Positions 37,354-46,424 of a stretch of DNA of 64,000 bases are shown in pieces. Position 1 is the stretch's first letter. Each line of letters begins with the position of its first letter. The translations under genes were made by a program, and so were the position numbers. This stretch comes from Spirochaetia bacterium (GTDB taxonomy: Bacteria; Spirochaetota; Spirochaetia; DSM-2461). The stretch lies in NCBI GenBank assembly GCA_963666985.2, contig CAXXIA010000001.1, positions 736,001-800,000 of the forward strand, read 5' to 3'. Under the pieces are notes generated by a model. That model ran no database searches and was not told where the DNA came from. It saw only the letters and a program-made list of their open reading frames with translations.

Positions 37354-38223
37354 TTAGATATCAACTCCCAGAACTTCTCTTACGAGAATCCCTATCCCGA
37401 AGGATAAAGCGGCCACTCCAAGACTTAAACCCGCCATTTCAAAGAAATGCTTTTTAAACGAAACGTCTTTGGCGACTGAGATGTAGAAATTGAAAACGAG
37501 AATAATCAGAATGGCCGCGGCCATCGTCAGTATCAGCGCGAGTACGTAATTGCTCAGCAGCAGATACGGCAGAACCAGAATAATAACGGTAATAATGTAT
37601 GCTATACCCGTATATAATGCGGCTTTTGCTGCTCGTCCGCCCTGTCCATCGGCGCGATGGGAAAGAAATTCGGATGAGGCCATGGATAAAGACGCGGCTA
37701 TTCCCGTAATGAGTCCCGAAAGCGCAATAAGCTGGGTATGCCTGAAAGCGAAAGTCAGTCCGGCTAAAGCTCCGGTAAGTTCCACCAGAGCGTCATTAAG
37801 GCCCAGAACCATGGAGCCGACGTAATCCAGCAGCTCCTCTTCAAGCATGTTCAGAAGCTCCCTCTCATGACGCTCTTCATCTTCAAGTGTTTTCTTTAAT
37901 CCCGGATGGTTTTCAATGGCGCCTGAATATCGCTTCTGTGCTTTCTCTTCACCCTTTTCCAGGAGTTTTAAAGCGAATGTTATTCCAAGCGTTCGTGCGG
38001 CCAAAACCGTAAAGAAAACCGTAAAGCGTCTTGGTTTCGCATCTTTTCCCGTAACCTTTTTAAAGATTTCATAATGAGAGGCTTCGTCATTCGAGATTTT
38101 TTCAAGAATCTTCGCGTTGCCTTCGTCACGGATGATTTTCGCAAGTTTCCCGTAGACAATAACGCCGGTCGCTTCATCCCTCTGAAATTCCAGAAACATT
38201 GATTCTTGTTCGTTTTTTTTCAT
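37354..38223 (-). CDS. Erythrin/ferritin-like domain + VIT1/CCC1 iron transporter
   Basis: N-terminal E..Y, DE..H, E..H diiron pattern; VLGLNDAL, AASLSMA..EFLS VIT1 motifs. Confidence 0.9.
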   Translation of the reverse strand: MKKNEQESMFLEFQRDEATGVIVYGKLAKIIRDEGNAKILEKISNDEASHYEIFKKVTGKDAKPRRFTVFFTVLAARTLGITFALKLLEKGEEKAQKRYSGAIENHPGLKKTLEDEERHERELLNMLEEELLDYVGSMVLGLNDALVELTGALAGLTFAFRHTQLIALSGLITGIAASLSMASSEFLSHRADGQGGRAAKAALYTGIAYIITVIILVLPYLLLSNYVLALILTMAAAILIILVFNFYISVAKDVSFKKHFFEMAGLSLGVAALSFGIGILVREVLGVDI

Positions 38224-38240
38224 TGTTATTTCTTCCTGAT

Positions 38241-41012
38241 TTATTTGAATTCCATTTTATAAACACCGTCCCAGTTCGTCGGCGGAGGATTCTTCCTATA
38301 CTTCTGGCAGCGTTCTATGAAAACTTGCGTCGGTCCGTCTTCGGGAAGTTTTGTGAGGACTTTGTTGAACAGTTTCTCGGAATCATCCCACTTTTTCTTC
38401 CAAAAGAGTTCCAGAGCATCACGATATAAGTTGAATCCTTCTCGCTTTTTAGCAGGAAAATCTTCCGGGAAATCCTTTGAATAACTCAATTCATACATTC
38501 CAACCGGAGTATCCCTTCCAACCACCCGGATTCTATCCAGCCTTCTGGTAATGAACTCACTGTGAATAATACTTTCCGTGGCCCCGCTGATCAGAACTTG
38601 CGTATTATAAAGTTTATTGACGCCTTCAAGTCTTGCGGCGAGGTTCATGTTATCCCCCAGAGCCGTGTAATCCTTGCGCCGTTCGGTTCCGATGAATCCG
38701 ACGTTGTTTTCACCCGTATTGATTCCGATCCTGGTGAACAGCCGTCCGTGGGGAAGAATCGACAGGATTTCGTCGCTGAGAAATCCGAGTCTTTTTAAGT
38801 CGTCACTGATTTCTCTTTCAAGCCGCGCCATCCTCATGGCTGCGCGGCAGGCTCTATGCGCATGGTCCTCCTGATCAATAGGAGCGCTCCAGAACGCTAT
38901 AATGGCATCTCCTTCGTATTTGTCTATGGTGCCGTGCTCCTCGAGAATTATGTCGCTCATGGGAGTCAGATAACGCTGAAGGAACTCAAACAGGCGATCC
39001 GTGGTTCCCAAATGCTCGGTAATCGTTGAGAATTTTTCGATATCGGTGAACATCGCGGTTATTTGCCGTGTCTGCCCCTTTATGCTCAGCATATCCGGAT
39101 GCTGCTGAATCTCTTTTACGACATCAGGAGAAATTATTTGACCGAAGGCATTTTGAATAAATGTTCTTTCACGGGATGCTGCCAGGAAGTTGCCGATGAT
39201 GGATGCCAGATAGGTTGAAATGAGTACCAACAATAAAGAGAGCATGTTTATATAAACACCGGTGTATACAAACACGGCACCCGATGCGGCCAGGATTAAG
39301 ACAACGAGAATCAGACCTAAAGTCGTATTAAGCTCGGAACGCTTAATACCGACCAAGCCCAAAAAGGTGATGATAAGGCCGCTTCCGAGAAGAATCACCG
39401 CCGTCAGCCAGAGGGGAGCTTCGGAGAGGAATTCCTGCTTAATGAATGAATTGTAAACGGCACCGTAAATTCCCATATTCATATATTGTTTTTCAAAAGG
39501 ATTGGCGCCGTAGTCCGAAGTGCTGGTTCCCGAATACCCGATAACGACGGTGCTGTCTTTGAGCCGTTCTGAAAGGACATCTCTGATGGCTTGGATATTA
39601 TCCAGTCTCCAAAGGGCTTCCTCGAAGAGAGTCGGTACAAGAGTCAGGAGCTCTTCAAAGTAAGCCGCATCATCCTCCGATGTATCCGGATCGGAAAGCG
39701 CAAAATCCAAATCATCCAGAAACAGTGACTTCGCGTCGCTTTCCAGAAAGCGGCGGGCTTCGGAAAAGTATTCGTTTCTATAACCGCCGTACTCTTCGGC
39801 CCGAGATCCGTCTCCCGATTCCAGCATTCCGCTGCGCATGCCGTCCAAATCGGCTGCGAACATGCTTAACGGCTGTGATGTTTCTCCGTAGATATCGGAA
39901 GAGAGTCCGTAATATTCGAGTTCTTCAATGATGCTTGTAAATTCCTTCAGAATCAGATCGTGATAATAAAGATAGAAAAATGACAAACGTCCGCTGAACG
40001 TTCCCGGATCGTATCCTTCGGCTTTTTTCCGGTTCAAAGGAGTGCCGTCGAAGAATCGTTTCGGCCAGTTGATGAGCATCTTTCCGTCTCTGTCCAGGGG
40101 AATCTCCACATCACCCACGACGATTTTATTTTTATACGCGGTTATCGGCGGACAGCCCTGCCGGATCCACCAAGTGCCGAATCCCATATGTGTGAAATAA
40201 TTACCGTCTTGACTGTAGAGCACGTCCACCCGGCGGCGAACGCCGTCGGAATCGATATGCATCCGGGGAAATCCGGCCCACGCGGCCGATTCGGTAACGG
40301 GCATGATGGAGGGAAGAATATCCGTCGCTTCGTCGAAAGGATCCGCCGTAAGAGTCAGGCTGTCGTTCACCGTCAGATGCTCAAGAGCGTAATCCCGCTG
40401 TTCCTGAGTAACCGTCGGATCATAATCCTCGGTCATATTGATCGTTACCGAAACATCTCCCAAATAATCAATGGCTTTTCCCAGATAGATGTCTTTATCG
40501 AAAGCTACGCCCCGAACGGCTTCATAAAGCCGCCGGCTTTCCTCCGTGTTGATGTTTTTCAGATCCTCAAGGAAATCCAGGGCGTCTTGCCTGCCGATGG
40601 TTCCCGAGATAAGTCCGTCGATAAGCTGGGCGTTGTACTGCATCATCATGTCCATGGTGCCGTAGACTTCGTCGGACAGATCGTAATCAAGATAATTCAA
40701 ATTGATTCCCGCCGGGCTTCTGTCCACGAACTCGATATCGAGCATGGTCCAGGCGGGACCGAATTCCTTCATCAGGATAAGACCGTCGGCGAAGATATCC
40801 CTTCCGAGGGGATACATATCCACTTCGGATATGGTCTGGTCGTCCACTTCCAGGAGTATGATGCTTTCATCTTCTTCTATCGCGGGCTTTATGCGCAGAA
40901 GCAAATCATAGAGGCGGCTGTCGAGGCTTTTATAAAAATCGACGAACAAAAGTCCCGTGAATAGCGCCGTTCCGAGAACGGCCGTGAGCAGGGGAGTAAG
41001 AATGCGCTTCAT
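38241..41012 (-). CDS. CHASE2-domain membrane adenylate cyclase (class III)
   Basis: CHASE2 motifs (D.DGVRRR), three TM helices, FTDIEKFST, DKYEGDA, YTALGDNMNLAARLEG; Lys/Thr specificity residues suggest ATP; C-terminal TPR-like WDGV tail. Confidence 0.92.
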   Translation of the reverse strand: MKRILTPLLTAVLGTALFTGLLFVDFYKSLDSRLYDLLLRIKPAIEEDESIILLEVDDQTISEVDMYPLGRDIFADGLILMKEFGPAWTMLDIEFVDRSPAGINLNYLDYDLSDEVYGTMDMMMQYNAQLIDGLISGTIGRQDALDFLEDLKNINTEESRRLYEAVRGVAFDKDIYLGKAIDYLGDVSVTINMTEDYDPTVTQEQRDYALEHLTVNDSLTLTADPFDEATDILPSIMPVTESAAWAGFPRMHIDSDGVRRRVDVLYSQDGNYFTHMGFGTWWIRQGCPPITAYKNKIVVGDVEIPLDRDGKMLINWPKRFFDGTPLNRKKAEGYDPGTFSGRLSFFYLYYHDLILKEFTSIIEELEYYGLSSDIYGETSQPLSMFAADLDGMRSGMLESGDGSRAEEYGGYRNEYFSEARRFLESDAKSLFLDDLDFALSDPDTSEDDAAYFEELLTLVPTLFEEALWRLDNIQAIRDVLSERLKDSTVVIGYSGTSTSDYGANPFEKQYMNMGIYGAVYNSFIKQEFLSEAPLWLTAVILLGSGLIITFLGLVGIKRSELNTTLGLILVVLILAASGAVFVYTGVYINMLSLLLVLISTYLASIIGNFLAASRERTFIQNAFGQIISPDVVKEIQQHPDMLSIKGQTRQITAMFTDIEKFSTITEHLGTTDRLFEFLQRYLTPMSDIILEEHGTIDKYEGDAIIAFWSAPIDQEDHAHRACRAAMRMARLEREISDDLKRLGFLSDEILSILPHGRLFTRIGINTGENNVGFIGTERRKDYTALGDNMNLAARLEGVNKLYNTQVLISGATESIIHSEFITRRLDRIRVVGRDTPVGMYELSYSKDFPEDFPAKKREGFNLYRDALELFWKKKWDDSEKLFNKVLTKLPEDGPTQVFIERCQKYRKNPPPTNWDGVYKMEFK

Positions 41013-41135
41013 TCAATGATCCTCCGAATAAGTATTTATTATAGAGTGATGTAAGAAGTTATGTCCTCCATGAGGAACTTTTTTTTGATTATTCGATTCC
41101 CTCAATATATTCGGAAACGTTAATGACGTGAATTA

Positions 41136-41162
41136 TTAAGTCCCGCCCTAAAAAACCGATTA
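41136..41162 (+). promoter_or_regulatory. Candidate sigma28 (FliA) promoter of flagellar rod genes
   Basis: TTAA-N16-CCGATTA upstream of flgF. Confidence 0.45.
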
Positions 41163-41207
41163 TTTAAGTGAGACCGGGTGTGCGGCATATCCGATCGGGG
41201 GGGATGA

Positions 41208-42014
41208 ATGATTAGAGGATTGTATACCGGCGCCAGCGGGATGCGTGCGCAGGAGCACCGCCTGGATGCGCTGTCGAACAATCTGGCCAATGTGGATCTT
41301 AACGGCTACAAGCGGGATACGTCCGTCCATAAGGCGTTCCCGGAGCTTATGATCCGACGGTTCGAGGACGACGGTGTGTTCCGCTTCCCTTTGGGCAGCG
41401 TGGATACGGCGCCCATGGTGGGGAAACTGGGCACCGGAGTCGAATACAACGAATCGTATACGGTTTTCGAACAGGGATCGCTTAAAGTTACCGAAAATCC
41501 GTTTGATTTGGCTCTCGAAGACGCCGGCTTTTTTACCGTCGAAACACCGCAGGGCGTCCGTTATACGCGCAACGGTTCGTTCTGGCTCGGTAAAGAGCAG
41601 ATTCTGGAAACCAAGGACGGATTCCCCGTCATGGGTGAGAACGGAATCGTTCGCATTACAAAAGATCATGTGAAAATCGATAAGCTCGGTCGGGTGTGGC
41701 AGCAGGAAACTCTGGAATCGGATCCCGAGCTCGTCGACACACTCAAAGTTGTTGATTTCCCCAGAACCCGCTTCTTGAAGAAACAGGGAAACAGTTTTTG
41801 GATTGAAACCGAAAACAGCGGATCGGCGCGGGATTTGGAGGGAACAAAGCGCCCCGGTGTGCTTCAAGGTTTCCTGGAAGGATCGAACGTTAATCCCGTA
41901 ACGGAAATGGTGAACATGATCGAGGTGAATCGGGCGTATGAGGCCAATCAAAAGGTCATCACAACGCACGATTCTCTGATGAACCGTCTGATCAATCAGG
42001 CCGCGAAATACTAA
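41208..42014 (+). CDS. flgF: Flagellar basal-body rod protein FlgF (FlhO-like)
   Basis: GLYTGASGM, NNLANV...GYK, YTRNGSF, LEGSNVN.V.EMV.MI...RAYE. Confidence 0.88.
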   Translation: MIRGLYTGASGMRAQEHRLDALSNNLANVDLNGYKRDTSVHKAFPELMIRRFEDDGVFRFPLGSVDTAPMVGKLGTGVEYNESYTVFEQGSLKVTENPFDLALEDAGFFTVETPQGVRYTRNGSFWLGKEQILETKDGFPVMGENGIVRITKDHVKIDKLGRVWQQETLESDPELVDTLKVVDFPRTRFLKKQGNSFWIETENSGSARDLEGTKRPGVLQGFLEGSNVNPVTEMVNMIEVNRAYEANQKVITTHDSLMNRLINQAAKY

Positions 42015-42032
42015 AGGAACAGGTAAGAAGAC

Positions 42033-42830
42033 ATGATGCGATCATTATGGACCGCCGCCACCGGGATGCACGGTCAGCAATTCAATATCGATACGATTTC
42101 CAACAACCTTTCCAATGTCAATACAACCGGATATAAGCAGGTTCGCGCCGACTTCGAGGATCTTATCTACCTGAATTCCCGAATCGCGGGAACTCCGGCC
42201 ACCGAACGGACCGTAACGCCGACGGGCATTCAAGTCGGACACGGTGTGAAAGTCGGAGCCTCCCAGCGAATGTTCACTCAAGGAAGTTTGAAGCAGACCG
42301 ACGCTCTCGGCGACATGGCCGTCATGGGAGAAGGCTTCTTCCGCGTGCTCAACATGGACGGAACCTTGGGATATACCCGCGACGGCTCCTTTAAAATCGA
42401 CGCGAACGGTCAATTCGTTTCCTCAAGCGGTTACAGACTTATGCCGGAACTCGTTCTTCCGCCGAACTTCATACCGGACAGTCTTGCCGTCAGCCAGCAG
42501 GGGCGCGTTACCGTGAAAATCCCGGGGCAGGACGATCCGGTAACCGTCGGGCAGGTAGAATTGTACCGTTTCGTCAATTCCGCAGGTCTTCAGGCAATAG
42601 GTGAAAATCTTTTCATGGAAACTCCGGCATCGGGCGAAGCCATGCGGGGGCGGCCGGGAGAAGACGGAATGGGAAAGGTCTATCACAAGTTCTTGGAGAA
42701 CTCGAATGTTTCGGTCGTTAAGGAAATGGTGGGAATGATCGTGGCCCAAAGGGCCTACGAGCTGAATTCCAAGGCCATACAGACGTCCGATTCCATGCTG
42801 GGCATCGCCAACAACCTTAAGCGCGGATAA
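42033..42830 (+). CDS. flgG: Flagellar distal rod protein FlgG
   Basis: SLWTAATGM..QQ, FEDLIY, YTRDGSF, AQRAYELNSKAI.TSD.ML. Confidence 0.96.
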   Translation: MMRSLWTAATGMHGQQFNIDTISNNLSNVNTTGYKQVRADFEDLIYLNSRIAGTPATERTVTPTGIQVGHGVKVGASQRMFTQGSLKQTDALGDMAVMGEGFFRVLNMDGTLGYTRDGSFKIDANGQFVSSSGYRLMPELVLPPNFIPDSLAVSQQGRVTVKIPGQDDPVTVGQVELYRFVNSAGLQAIGENLFMETPASGEAMRGRPGEDGMGKVYHKFLENSNVSVVKEMVGMIVAQRAYELNSKAIQTSDSMLGIANNLKRG

Positions 42831-42844
42831 TGAGGAGTTTATAG

Positions 42845-43195
42845 ATGACTGTAAATCCCATGATGAGCGGACAAACGGCGTATGAGGCTCAACTCAATGT
42901 GTCGCAAACCGATGCGCTTTCCAGAAAAGCCGCTTCCTCTCAGGCCGAGGAACTCCGGGAAGCGTGTGAGGGATTCGAGACGATTTTTGTTAAAATGATG
43001 CTTGATTCCATGAGAAAAACGCTATCGGATGATACACTGATACCCAAGAACTCCGGAGAAAAGCTTTTTGAAGATCAGCTTTATGATGAATATGCTGAGA
43101 AAATAAGTCAAACCGCGGGGTTGGGTATTGCCGATATGATGTATAAGCAGCTGGAATCGGGGATATCGGGAGCCAATATAGATATCACATTCTAA
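42845..43195 (+). CDS. flgJ: FlgJ rod-binding domain protein (no muramidase domain)
   Basis: LREACEGFETIFVKMML.SMRKT ... GLGIADMMYKQL. Confidence 0.88.
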   Translation: MTVNPMMSGQTAYEAQLNVSQTDALSRKAASSQAEELREACEGFETIFVKMMLDSMRKTLSDDTLIPKNSGEKLFEDQLYDEYAEKISQTAGLGIADMMYKQLESGISGANIDITF

Positions 43196-43254
43196 GGAGT
43201 AATTCCTGTTTTTATAGAATAAATTGCTTTATCGAAGTATACAAAAGTAGACAT

Positions 43255-43284
43255 AAGGGGGTTCATGACGGAACCCCCTTTTTT
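43255..43284 (+). terminator. Rho-independent terminator after flgJ
   Basis: AAGGGGGTTC-atgacg-GAACCCCCTT followed by a T run. Confidence 0.8.
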
Positions 43285-43334
43285 GTTGCAGGTTATATAT
43301 CCTTTTATGGAAACAAAATAGATCATTTCTCGGT

Positions 43335-43362
43335 AATTCCATGAATTTGGCATGGAATTTGT
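43335..43362 (+). promoter_or_regulatory. Candidate sigma54-like promoter overlapped by a 9-bp inverted repeat
   Basis: TGGCATGGAATTTGT (GG-N10-GT, one mismatch at -12) inside AATTCCATG-N7-CATGGAATT. Confidence 0.45.
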
Positions 43363-43377
43363 GTGTTAATTGGCAAG

Positions 43378-44223
43378 ATGACTAAGAAAACAACACGTCA
43401 AGATGACACAGACTTAACGCTTCATGCCTATCTCGAGGAGATCAGTCGCTTTTCTCTCTTGGATTACGAGCAGGAGTTGGACTACTCACGCCGTATAGAG
43501 AAAGGCGATCGAGAAGCTCTTGATTCGTTGATCAACGCAAATCTCAGGCTGGTTGTAAAAATCGCCAAAGCCTATGTCAGTTTCGAAATGGGACTGATGG
43601 ATTTGATTCAAGAAGGAAATCTCGGTTTGATAAAAGCTGCCGAGAAATACGATCACCGTAAAGAAGTCCGATTCAGTACCTATGCGTCATTTTGGATTAA
43701 ACAATCCATCAGTCGAGCCATAACGAACAAACGTCGCGCCATCAGGCTCCCTCATCGAAAGGAAGAGGCCTTAAAAAGACTTCAGAAAATATCCGAAGAG
43801 TTCGCTCAGGAGTACTTTCGCCAGCCGACGATCGAAGAACTTGCGGCTTACAGCGGCATGATGGAAGAAGAAGTGTCGACGGTCATGGATCTTGCCGCCA
43901 CAACCGTTTCTCTTGATTCCGAAATCAATACCAACAGCGGAACACTGCTTGATGTCCTTGAGGATCATTCTTACAGCCCCGACGGCGAACTTGTCCGAAA
44001 AAACCTGCAGGAAGATACTCGGAAGTTCCTCAGTGTTCTCAGAGAGAGAGAAAGAGAAATCCTGATGTATCGGTTCGCTTTCGACGGCGGCGAGAAAAAG
44101 ACTTTGAAGACAATCGGCGAACAGATGGGCATCTCGCCCGAAACCGTCAGACAAATTGAAATGAGGGCTTTGAAGAAGCTGCGATACGAGGCCGAGCCCA
44201 TTCGGGAATATCTTTATAATTAA
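43378..44223 (+). CDS. Sigma70-family alternative sigma factor (RpoS-like, lacks region 1.1)
   Basis: ANLRLVVKIAK.Y, DLIQEGNLGLIKAAEKYD, RFSTYASFWIKQ, TLKTIG..MGIS.E.VRQIE..AL.KLR. Confidence 0.9.
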   Translation: MTKKTTRQDDTDLTLHAYLEEISRFSLLDYEQELDYSRRIEKGDREALDSLINANLRLVVKIAKAYVSFEMGLMDLIQEGNLGLIKAAEKYDHRKEVRFSTYASFWIKQSISRAITNKRRAIRLPHRKEEALKRLQKISEEFAQEYFRQPTIEELAAYSGMMEEEVSTVMDLAATTVSLDSEINTNSGTLLDVLEDHSYSPDGELVRKNLQEDTRKFLSVLREREREILMYRFAFDGGEKKTLKTIGEQMGISPETVRQIEMRALKKLRYEAEPIREYLYN

Positions 44224-44231
44224 ATTGGAAA

Positions 44232-44260
44232 GGCCGTCGGTTCACACCGGCGGTTTTTTT
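44232..44260 (+). terminator. Rho-independent terminator after sigma factor gene
   Basis: GGCCGTCGGT-tcac-ACCGGCGGTT followed by T run. Confidence 0.7.
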
Positions 44261-44276
44261 ATTATACTTACCCACC

Positions 44277-45293
44277 ATGAACGTTCTCGGAATCGAGACA
44301 AGCTGTGATGAGTGCTCCGTATCCGTCGTAACCGACGGAAAAAAGATCCTTTCCAATGTCATTGCGACACAAGTGGAGCGTCATGCTCCGTGGAACGGCG
44401 TTGTTCCGGAAATCGCATCAAGACTCCATGTCGAATGGATTGATGAGGTGACTTCCAAAGCCTTGGAGGAAGCCGGAACGGATTTGCATGACGATATCGA
44501 CGCTATTGCCGTAACCTCCAGGCCGGGACTTATCGGCTCTTTGTTGGTGGGTCTTTCTTATGCCAAGGGGCTTGCATGGGCGGCCGGGAAACCCTGGGTG
44601 GGCGTGGATCATATGATGGCGCATCTTTTTGCGCCTCAGCTTGAGTATGATATCCAATATCCGACTCTCGGCCTTATCGTATCCGGGGGGCATACGATTC
44701 TCTGCATGGTCGAGTCCTTGGATGAAGTCGCTGTTCTCGGAACAACGATCGACGACGCCTGCGGAGAGGCTTTCGATAAAGTCGCTAAATTTTATGAGAT
44801 GGGATATCCGGGCGGTGTGATTCTCGACAAGATTGCGGAACAGGGCGATCCCGAGGCTTATCGGTTCCCCGAACCGCGTCTCTATAAAGGCGATCATCGT
44901 TATGATGTATCTTATTCGGGACTGAAAACGGCGGCCATCAATCAGGCCGAACAATTCAGGAGCGAAGGAGCCGTTTTTTCAAAGGAAAATATCGCCGCGT
45001 CTTTTCGCAAGGCCGCCATCGATATGCTGGTGAATCGCATCAGAAGAGCTGCGGATGATACGGGTGTAAGACGCGTTGTTGCCGGCGGAGGAGTTTCCGC
45101 GAATCGCTACTTAAGAAAAACTTTGGAAGAAGATTCCACATTGGAAACGTATTTCCCGTCGATGAAGCTGTGTACGGATAACGGCGCCATGATCGCCGCT
45201 CTCGGATACCATCGGCTTATGGCCGGCGAAAGATCCGGATTGGATTTGAATGCGGCCGCAAGAGTTGCGGGATTGAGAAAATCATACCCGTAA
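44277..45293 (+). CDS. tsaD: tRNA N6-adenosine threonylcarbamoyltransferase
   Basis: LGIETSCDE, VPEIASR.H, H...H, VSGGHT, DDACGEAFDK, GGVSAN, CTDNGAMI. Confidence 0.97.
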   Translation: MNVLGIETSCDECSVSVVTDGKKILSNVIATQVERHAPWNGVVPEIASRLHVEWIDEVTSKALEEAGTDLHDDIDAIAVTSRPGLIGSLLVGLSYAKGLAWAAGKPWVGVDHMMAHLFAPQLEYDIQYPTLGLIVSGGHTILCMVESLDEVAVLGTTIDDACGEAFDKVAKFYEMGYPGGVILDKIAEQGDPEAYRFPEPRLYKGDHRYDVSYSGLKTAAINQAEQFRSEGAVFSKENIAASFRKAAIDMLVNRIRRAADDTGVRRVVAGGGVSANRYLRKTLEEDSTLETYFPSMKLCTDNGAMIAALGYHRLMAGERSGLDLNAAARVAGLRKSYP

Positions 45294-45477
45294 GAGATTG
45301 CTGTGTGTTCAGTTGAAGATATTGACCGTTTATATGCCGAACATTAAGGTGAATCGTTCGTTAAAAAAACAATTGTCGAAAAAACCCGATGAAAACGATG
45401 CGAAAGGGTTTCCTTTTAAAATCGTTTTATTTAAAAATTATCTCGGGTTAACCGAAAAAAAACATCAGGAGCTTGAT

Positions 45478-46011
45478 ATGAGTAAGATTTTCGATCTCGA
45501 TACAGCCATTAGAAAAATCCCTGATTATCCTTCCGAAGGATTTCTTTTTTACGACATCACAAGCATTCTTACGAATCCGGATGCCTTTGTGTACTGCATC
45601 GACCGCATGGTCGAAATTTATAAAGATTCTCCCATTACCGCTGTTGCGGGTATCGAATCCCGCGGATTTATTTTTGCCGCACCTTTGGCCGCCAGATTGG
45701 GAATCCCTCTGATTCTTGTGAGAAAGGCCGGGAAACTTCCCGGAGAAACCTACCATGAGGATTATGAACTTGAGTACGGCCATGCCGCCGTTGAAATCCA
45801 TAAGTCGGATGTGCCGAAGGGCGGAAATGTTCTGCTCATAGACGATCTTATCGCCACAGGCGGAACTCTGCAGGCCGCCAAGAAGATTCTTGAAGAAGGC
45901 GGCGCCATGGTGAAAAAAGTTTTTGGCGTAATCGGCCTGCCTTTCCTGGAATATGAAAAGAAATTACAGGGAGTCGAAGTCACAACACTCATTAATTACG
46001 ATAGTGAGTAG
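45478..46011 (+). CDS. apt: Adenine phosphoribosyltransferase
   Basis: IESRGF, VRKAGKLPG, YELEYG, IDDLIATGGT; SD AGGAG before ATG 45478. Confidence 0.96.
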   Translation: MSKIFDLDTAIRKIPDYPSEGFLFYDITSILTNPDAFVYCIDRMVEIYKDSPITAVAGIESRGFIFAAPLAARLGIPLILVRKAGKLPGETYHEDYELEYGHAAVEIHKSDVPKGGNVLLIDDLIATGGTLQAAKKILEEGGAMVKKVFGVIGLPFLEYEKKLQGVEVTTLINYDSE

Positions 46012-46027
46012 AGAATCCCAGCGGAGC

Positions 46028-46057
46028 TTGACGCAAGCTTAAGGGCGAGGATATAGT
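46028..46057 (+). promoter_or_regulatory. Sigma70 promoter of the tRNA pair
   Basis: TTGACG-N18-TATAGT just upstream of tRNA-Gln. Confidence 0.6.
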
Positions 46058-46074
46058 ACGTTTCGGATTTACAG

Positions 46075-46146
46075 TTCCCGGTAGTGTAATTGGTAACACT
46101 GCAGATTCTGGTTCTGCCTTTGGGGGTTCGAGTCCTCCCCGGGAAG
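46075..46146 (+). tRNA. tRNA-Gln (anticodon CTG), CCA not encoded
   Basis: Acceptor TTCCCGG/CCGGGAA, anticodon arm GCAGA-TTCTGGT-TCTGC, T loop GGTTCGAGTCC. Confidence 0.95.
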
Positions 46147-46195
46147 CTTACAGCACGTATTTACATGCGTGCTGTATTATTTGGATCGAAAGATC

Positions 46196-46267
46196 GGTCC
46201 CTTCGTCTAACGGTTAGGACAGGAGATTCTCATTCTTCAAATAGGGGTTCGATTCCCCTAGGGACTA
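46196..46267 (+). tRNA. tRNA-Glu (anticodon CTC), CCA not encoded
   Basis: Acceptor GGTCCCT/AGGGACT, anticodon arm GGAGA-TTCTCAT-TCTTC, T arm AGGGG-TTCGATT-CCCCT. Confidence 0.95.
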
Positions 46268-46270
46268 AAA

Positions 46271-46296
46271 TCGACCCGAAAGGGTCGGTTTTTTTT
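46271..46296 (+). terminator. Terminator after tRNA-Glu (duplicated at 46565-46590)
   Basis: TCGACCC-GAAA-GGGTCGG followed by T8. Confidence 0.85.
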
Positions 46297-46424
46297 ATGG
46301 AAACAGAAATAGAAAGCGGCTTTCGTTTTCGTTTAATGAATCTTAGGGCCGCCGGTTCAGTCGGCTCGGCATCCGTTTCGAGCCGACCTCCAAGGATTCG
46401 GATACGCTCCACCTTTCGATTTTT

